From assembly GCA_963795855.1 (NCBI GenBank), contig CAWCIZ010000001.1, forward strand, positions 160,001 through 224,000: 64,000 bases of DNA, in the 5' to 3' direction. The position numbers and the translations under genes were made by a program. The notes under the pieces were generated by a model, which was not told the DNA's origin, searched no databases, and saw only the letters and a list, made by a program, of their open reading frames with translations. This DNA is from Vulcanimicrobiota bacterium. GTDB lineage: Bacteria; Vulcanimicrobiota; Vulcanimicrobiia; Vulcanimicrobiales; Vulcanimicrobiaceae. Below, piece after piece: positions 58,589-64,000 of this stretch. Numbering within the stretch: the stretch's first letter is position 1; the number at the start of each line of letters is the position of its first letter.

Positions 58589-59182
58589 TCAGCCGCTGCG
58601 CTCTGCGCGCTCGTCATGGTCGCAAACGCAGCCCGAGCGGTCGCCGCGCCGGCGCGATTGCAGCGAGTTCTTGAGCAGGCCGAGCAGCACGTCGCTTCGC
58701 GTGCTGGGCGGTGCCTGCGCGAGAATCGGAAAACGATCTCCGAGGAGCATCCGTAAACCGCTGCGCGCGAGGTCGGTAACAGCGCTGGATTGATCGATCG
58801 GCGTTCCCTTGCGGATCGGCCGGAGTTCGGCATCGATGAGATTTCGCTCGAGCAATTGTATCAGCGTCGTTTCGCACGCGGGTCTCGCGTACGCGTTCTG
58901 ACCGGCGGCGCCGGCCTTGCGCAGGCGTCGAATGAGGCACAAGTCCTCGAGCGCGCGCAACGAATCGAAGACGACGGAATCGCTGAGCAACCCCATATCT
59001 TCTTGAATCTGACGCACCGTCGGCTGGCTCATGCCCGTTCCCACGCCGAGCATCGCGACGTACGTGTACACCGCGAGTTGGCGCGTGGAAACCAAATGAA
59101 ACAAGAAGCTCGACCACCACGCAGGCATGTACACAAAGGGCTCGCAGTCGCAGAGATCCTGCGCCGCGTCGATCAATTCCAT
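58589..59182 (-). CDS. Hypothetical protein with a probable winged HTH
   Basis: LAVYTY...PTVRQIQEDMGLLSDSVVFDSLRALEDLCLIRR. Confidence 0.55.
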   Translation of the reverse strand: MELIDAAQDLCDCEPFVYMPAWWSSFLFHLVSTRQLAVYTYVAMLGVGTGMSQPTVRQIQEDMGLLSDSVVFDSLRALEDLCLIRRLRKAGAAGQNAYARPACETTLIQLLERNLIDAELRPIRKGTPIDQSSAVTDLARSGLRMLLGDRFPILAQAPPSTRSDVLLGLLKNSLQSRRRGDRSGCVCDHDERAERSG

Positions 59183-59291
59183 GGCGTAGCGATTTGCTTA
59201 AACCGAGCAGGCTCCCGCAACGTGGATAAAACTGCTTGGTCCGAAAAAGTGGACGGAGGACGCTAGCCTGGCGGGCAACAACGAAAATGCT

Positions 59292-59625
59292 ATGCTAGAC
59301 GAGCACATCAGCGGCCGTCAGGATGGCGGCCCCGCGGTGCTTCGGCTAGCGGGGGAATTCGACGTCTTCCGCATTGCCGAGCTGGACAGCACGCTCCAGA
59401 CTGCCTATACGGCGCATACCGCCGTTATCGACCTCCGCGACGTCACGTATATGGACTCCAGCGCTCTTGGCTGCTTGGTTCGGCTGAAGAAACGCATGGC
59501 CGAACATGGTGAAGCCCACGTGTACTTGATCAATCCGCATCCGAACGTTCGCCGCGTGCTCGAACTCGACGCGATTGGACGAATTCTTTTTGTTGCGAGA
59601 CTCCTGGGACGACGATGTAGTGTAA
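59292..59625 (+). CDS. STAS-domain anti-sigma factor antagonist; frameshift near 59567
   Basis: LAGEFD, IDLRDVTYMDSSALGCL, VRRVLE; the shifted frame gives TRLDEFFLLRDSWDDDVV* (TAA 59623-25). Confidence 0.85.
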
Positions 59626-59633
59626 CGCCGCCG

Positions 59634-59840
59634 TTACGCATCGTCGCACTCGCGCGCGACCATCTCGCGGTATTCCTGGGCGTAGAACCGCAGCGCGGGC
59701 GCCGGAAGTTCGAGCGCTCCCTCTCTTTTCGCAATCGCTTTCACGCGCCTGATCGCTTCCGCTTCGGAAATCACCGCCGTCTCGCGCTGCGCGAGCTGTT
59801 TGAGGGCGTTCCAGAGGCGTTCGGAGGGATCTCGGGTCAT
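59634..59840 (-). CDS. Small hypothetical protein (68 aa)
   Basis: MTRDPSERLWNALKQLA...; preceded by TATGGT 6 nt before the ATG. Confidence 0.55.
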   Translation of the reverse strand: MTRDPSERLWNALKQLAQRETAVISEAEAIRRVKAIAKREGALELPAPALRFYAQEYREMVARECDDA

Positions 59841-59974
59841 GCCGTCACCATACCGAATGCGCAGGGGCGGCCGACATACTCGAAACTCGGTAGCGGAAGC
59901 AGGGACCCCAGCGCTGCCGGTAGCGCGCGTTCGGCACGAGATACAGCATCGAGCGCGAGTAGTCGAAATGCTGC

Positions 59975-60860
59975 TTACAGTAAAGACAGACTGGCGCAGC
60001 CCCGCCGGTTGGATGGCGGGCGTAGCGACTTTCGGGAAGCGGCGCATCGCTTGGGAGACGCGTGTTTCAATCGCGTCGTGCAGTTCGCGCGGCGCGTACT
60101 TTCCTCGGTAGTACGAGGCATAGCGCGCGAGCAGATCCGGGCGGTTCTCGCGCAGGTAATTAAAAAACGCTTCGCGCGTGACGTCGTGCAGATAGAGCGT
60201 GTTGTGCCAGATGGCATGCGCACCGGCTTCGCGAGCCGATTGCACGACCGCCGCGATGCTTTCGTCCGAATCCGTGATGTGCGGCAGTATCGGCGCGAGC
60301 GCGACGTTTACATGGATGCCCGCCGCCGCCAATTTCGCCGCTGCCTGCATGCGTTTCTTTGGAGGCGCCACCGTCGGTTCGATCTCCCGCGAGACGGCTT
60401 CGTCCATCGTAGCGACGCTGATCGAAACGCTTGCGCCCGAAGTTTGCGCGAGCTGCTGGAGCACGTCGATGTCGCGAACGACGAGCGGCGATCGCGTAAT
60501 CAAACGCGCCGGCGTGTCGTAATCGCGCAATGCTTCCAAGACGCCGCGCGTGATGCGATACCGCCCTTCCAACGGCTGGTACGGATCGGTGACCGTTCCA
60601 ATCGCAACGCTCTCGTGCTTCCAAGATCGCTTCGCGAGTTCGGTGCGAAGCACCGCGGGAGCGTTCACTTTCACGTAAATCCGGCTGCCCCACCGTCCGA
60701 CGCCGTCTTCCTCGAGATACGCGTGGGACCGGCGCGCGTAACAAAACACGCATTGGTGGTAGCAGCCGCGATACGGATTGATGGACCACGGGAAGGGCAT
60801 GCCCGTGACCCGGTTCAACACCGATTTGGCCGGCGCTTCGATGACCTCGACCCCGCGCAT
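59975..60860 (-). CDS. SPL-like (Rv2578c-type) radical SAM protein; frameshift near 59990
   Basis: WSINPYRGCYHQCVFCYAR, TDPYQPLE, IEP; corrected C-terminus RQLSLL*. Confidence 0.88.
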
Positions 60861-60866
60861 ACCCCG

Positions 60867-60896
60867 AGCATACATCGAACGTATGTTCGAGCGCAA
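60867..60896 (-). promoter_or_regulatory. Promoter containing a LexA (SOS) box
   Basis: TCGAAC-GTAT-GTTCGA at 60875-60890 lies within minus-strand TTGCGC-N18-TATGCT; ATG 6 nt downstream. Confidence 0.8.
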
Positions 60897-60936
60897 GGCT
60901 GAAACTTCGCGCCCGGCCGCCGGTTATAGAGTGCGA

Positions 60937-61602
60937 ATGGCTATGCGTTTTCAGACTCCGCCGCGGCCGTACGGTTATGCCCCGGCGATTCCCGTACAGT
61001 CGCTGCTCGGGCAGGTGCTCGGCATCACCGCGGTAGGCTTGCTCGTAACGGCGGGATCCGCGTATCTCTTCCAAGGCGTGAGCTATGGCGCGGGCTTGCT
61101 CGCAATGATCGTGGGCTTTTTGCTGCTGATCGGGATCAACGTCGCGCGGAATAATCCGGCGCTCTCGCTCGGGATGTTTTACGCCTTCGCGCTGCTCGAA
61201 GGGATCGGCATTGCGCCGACGATTCACTATTACGTCGCCACGATCGGCTCGGGCATCATCGTTGAAGCTGCCTCTACCACGGGCCTTGGAATGCTTGCGC
61301 TCGGATGTATCGTTTACGCGACCGGCATTGACTTTCGGCGGTTCCAAGGCTATTTGTTCGTTGCGCTGATCGGCCTCGTGATTGCCGGCATCGTCTCGGC
61401 TTTTACGCACTGGATTCACCCCAGCACGTACTCATGGCTGGTCTTGCTGATCTTTACCGGTTTGGTGCTGGTCGATTTTGCGCGAATTCGAGCGGGCGGC
61501 GACGGCCTCTCGCCCGTTCAGCTTGCCGTCCAAATCTATTTGGATGCGATCAACATCTTTTTGGCCGTCCTGCAACTGCTCGGCCGGCGCAGCCGCGATT
61601 AA
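60937..61602 (+). CDS. Bax inhibitor-1/YccA family membrane protein
   Basis: About seven TM segments, LVDFARI, AVQIYLDAINIFL..LQL. Confidence 0.9.
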   Translation: MAMRFQTPPRPYGYAPAIPVQSLLGQVLGITAVGLLVTAGSAYLFQGVSYGAGLLAMIVGFLLLIGINVARNNPALSLGMFYAFALLEGIGIAPTIHYYVATIGSGIIVEAASTTGLGMLALGCIVYATGIDFRRFQGYLFVALIGLVIAGIVSAFTHWIHPSTYSWLVLLIFTGLVLVDFARIRAGGDGLSPVQLAVQIYLDAINIFLAVLQLLGRRSRD

Positions 61603-61646
61603 AAGCGGGTGCCGGAACGCTCCGGCCGCTGTAGAATAGACATCTC

Positions 61647-63008
61647 ATGTGCGGCATAACCGGTGTTTACGCACCCGGGCATGACGCGGCGCGCCTAGCG
61701 TACTTCGCGCTGTACGCGCTGCAGCACCGCGGTCAGGAATCAGCGGGAATCGCCGCAGGCGACGGAGGCACGATCCGCTCTCACAAAGAGATGGGCCTCA
61801 TCGGCGCAATTTTCGACGAAGAGATCCTCGGGCAACTCGGCGGTCACATTGCGGTCGGGCACACACGCTACTCGACGACCGGTTCCTCGATCGTGGTCAA
61901 CGCGCAGCCGCTGCTGGAACGCACGGACGTCGGCGATTTCGCGTTCGCGCACAACGGCAATCTGACCAACACCGACGAGTTGCGGGAAACGCTCTCGCCC
62001 GGCACCACGCTGCAGGCTTCAACAGACTCCGAAGTAATGGCGAAGGTCCTCGTCGAGGCGAGCGGCTCGATGCTCGACCGTATCAAAAGCGTGCTTCGCC
62101 GCGCGCGCGGCGCGTACTCGATCGTGCTTTGCACCGCCGACGAACTGTACGCGTTCCGCGATCCGTGGGGCGTGCGCCCGCTGTGCTTAGGGCGCTACAA
62201 CGAAGGCTGGATGGTCGCGTCCGAATCCTGCGCGCTTGCAACGATTGGGGCAACGTACGTGCGCGAACTCGAGCCGGGCGAAGTGCTGCGAATCGACCGC
62301 AACGGCATCGAGTCCACGCGCGTGGACGTGGGCGAGCCGCCGGCGCTGTGCATGTTCGAGTACATTTATTTCGCGCGCCCCGATTCCCGGTTGAACGGCG
62401 AATCGATTTACATGGCGCGCTACCGCATGGGCCGCCGCCTCGCCAAAGAATATCCCGTCGAAGCCGACGTCGTGATGGCGATTCCCGATTCCGCGGTTCC
62501 CGGCGGCATCGGATATGCCGACGAAGCGGAACTGCCGTACATCGAAGGGCTGATCAAAAACCGCTATATCGGGCGCACGTTCATCAGTCCCGATCAGCGA
62601 ATGCGCAGCCGCGGCGTGCAACTCAAGTTCAATCCGCTCGTGGAGAATTTGTCCGGCCGCCGCGTCGTGGTCGTCGACGACTCGATCGTGCGCGGTACCA
62701 CGACGCCCCGCATCGTTCAATTGCTGCGAGACGCCGGCGCCGAAGAAGTGCACGTGCGTGTAACGTCTCCGCCCATCAAGCATCCGTGTTATCTAGGCGT
62801 CGATCTCGCGACCTACGACGAACTGATCGCGGCCAACTTCACCGTCGAGGAAATTCGTCAGAAGATCGGCGCTGATTCACTGGGCTACTTGAGTTTGGAA
62901 GGTCTCGTTGAAGCGACGGGCCGCGACGGCAACGAAATGTGTCTGGGCTGCCTCACCGGCGTCTATCCGAACGTTCCCGCGGCGCACGAACCACGCGTTT
63001 TGGCGTAA
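61647..63008 (+). CDS. purF: Amidophosphoribosyltransferase
   Basis: MCGITG, LQHRGQESAG, GHTRYST, HNGNL, CMFEYIYFARPDS, VVDDSIVRGTT. Confidence 0.96.
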   Translation: MCGITGVYAPGHDAARLAYFALYALQHRGQESAGIAAGDGGTIRSHKEMGLIGAIFDEEILGQLGGHIAVGHTRYSTTGSSIVVNAQPLLERTDVGDFAFAHNGNLTNTDELRETLSPGTTLQASTDSEVMAKVLVEASGSMLDRIKSVLRRARGAYSIVLCTADELYAFRDPWGVRPLCLGRYNEGWMVASESCALATIGATYVRELEPGEVLRIDRNGIESTRVDVGEPPALCMFEYIYFARPDSRLNGESIYMARYRMGRRLAKEYPVEADVVMAIPDSAVPGGIGYADEAELPYIEGLIKNRYIGRTFISPDQRMRSRGVQLKFNPLVENLSGRRVVVVDDSIVRGTTTPRIVQLLRDAGAEEVHVRVTSPPIKHPCYLGVDLATYDELIAANFTVEEIRQKIGADSLGYLSLEGLVEATGRDGNEMCLGCLTGVYPNVPAAHEPRVLA

Positions 63009-63012
63009 CGCG

Positions 63013-64000
63013 TTGAACGCAGGCAACAAGCGCTGGTGGACGCTCGCGAACGCGGGCATCTCGGTGCTGATGGCGCTGCTCGACGTGACGATCGTCAACG
63101 TGGCGCTGCCGACCCTTCAGCGCGATCTGAACGCGCGTTTCGACCAGCTCCAATGGGTCGTAAATGCTTACGCGCTTTCGCTCGCCGTCGTGCTCGTTAC
63201 GGGCGGCCGCCTCGGCGACATGTTCGGCCGGCGGCGGCTTTTTACGATCGGCGTGATAATTTTCGTTGCCGGCTCGGCGCTGGCGGGCCTCTCCGGGGTG
63301 TTTCGCATCTCCGGCTTTCCGCAAATAGATGCGCTGCTCGGCGCGCGCGCGATTCAAGGCGTCGGCGCTGCGATCATGATGCCGGTTTCGCTCGCGATCG
63401 TCTCGGCGGCTTTCGAAGGAAAAGAACGCGGCGTCGCAATCGGAACGTGGGGCGCGCTCGCGGGTCTGGGCCTGGCTGCCGGACCGATCATCGGCGGGTT
63501 GCTGATCGTCACCATCGGCTGGCCGTCGATTTTCTTTTTGAACGTTCCCATTGGGATCGTCTCGATAGTTGCGAGTGACGCGACCATCGACGAGTCGCGC
63601 GACGAGAACGCCTCGGGCCGCATCGACTGGTACGGCATCGTCACGCTCTCCCTTTTCGCGTTCTCGCTCGTGTGGGGATTGATCCGGCTCGACGGACTGC
63701 ACGGCGCGGCGCTGCTTCAGATTCTGTGGCCGTTTTTGGTTGCACTCGCGGCACTGGCTGCATTCATCGCCGGAGAGCTGCGCATCGAACATCCCATGGT
63801 CGATTTAGCGCTGTTCCGCAACCGCAGTTTTGCCGGCAACGCCGTCGCGGTGTTCGCGCTCTCGGCCGCACTGGTCGCATTCATCTTTTTTCTGACGCTC
63901 TACTTGCAGAACGCGTTGGGATTCGACGCGCTGCAAACCGGAATCCATCTGCTGCCGATGACGATCCTCGTCGGCATCTGCGCGCCGATTGCCGGGCGCT
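63013..64000 (+). CDS. DHA2 (EmrB/QacA) MFS transporter, partial
   Basis: Frame from TTG 63013: LDVTIVNVALP, WVVNAY, GGRLGDMFGRRR, RAIQG, GPIIGG, WPSIFFLNVPIG; runs off the window end. Confidence 0.9.
   Translation, partial: MNAGNKRWWTLANAGISVLMALLDVTIVNVALPTLQRDLNARFDQLQWVVNAYALSLAVVLVTGGRLGDMFGRRRLFTIGVIIFVAGSALAGLSGVFRISGFPQIDALLGARAIQGVGAAIMMPVSLAIVSAAFEGKERGVAIGTWGALAGLGLAAGPIIGGLLIVTIGWPSIFFLNVPIGIVSIVASDATIDESRDENASGRIDWYGIVTLSLFAFSLVWGLIRLDGLHGAALLQILWPFLVALAALAAFIAGELRIEHPMVDLALFRNRSFAGNAVAVFALSAALVAFIFFLTLYLQNALGFDALQTGIHLLPMTILVGICAPIAGR

Noticed and set aside
59292..60902. 536-aa STAS fusion protein, and the 420-aa extended radical SAM ORF on the other strand
   Set aside because: Both are read-throughs after single-base shifts; the corrected frames give typical C-termini (TRLDEFF...*, RQLSLL*).
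1..64000. CRISPR arrays, tRNA/rRNA, IS elements, prophage or defence genes
   Set aside because: No regularly spaced repeats, cloverleaf-like sequences, transposase, integrase or phage motifs were seen by eye; tRNAscan/Infernal were not run.

Overview
GC-rich bacterial chromosomal segment. The Gram-positive-type LexA box, Bacillus-like dapB-asd-aspartokinase-dapA order and many apparently leaderless genes point to a Terrabacteria lineage, possibly Candidatus Eremiobacterota; this is an inference only. Contents in order: a GT4 glycosyltransferase pair; pcrA; lysine/DAP genes; a riboflavin cluster (ribD-ribE ... ribBA-ribH) split by a stress gene and a lower-GC PadR islet; mtnA-holA; and a purine biosynthesis supercluster (purB-purC/E-purL-purQ-purS-purP ... 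purP-like, guaA, purD, purF). Nested in the purine cluster is a ~20 kb nucleobase catabolism island: a full reductive pyrimidine pathway plus xanthine dehydrogenase, PuuD, HiuH, UraD, PuuE and allantoate amidohydrolase. Many single-base frameshifts, densest at 55.2-58.6 kb, look like long-read indel errors rather than pseudogenes and create several false fusions in the ORF track. The best candidate for a new system is an XRE-type HTH fused in frame to an intact RibBA, whose own -35 box is covered by a perfect palindrome (CTTGACA-AC-TGTCAAG), suggesting a self-repressing enzyme in place of an FMN riboswitch. Also notable: an animal-PAICS-like PurC-PurE fusion with a degenerate PurE site, and two archaeal-type PurP paralogs. 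No rRNA, tRNA, CRISPR array or transposase was recognised.
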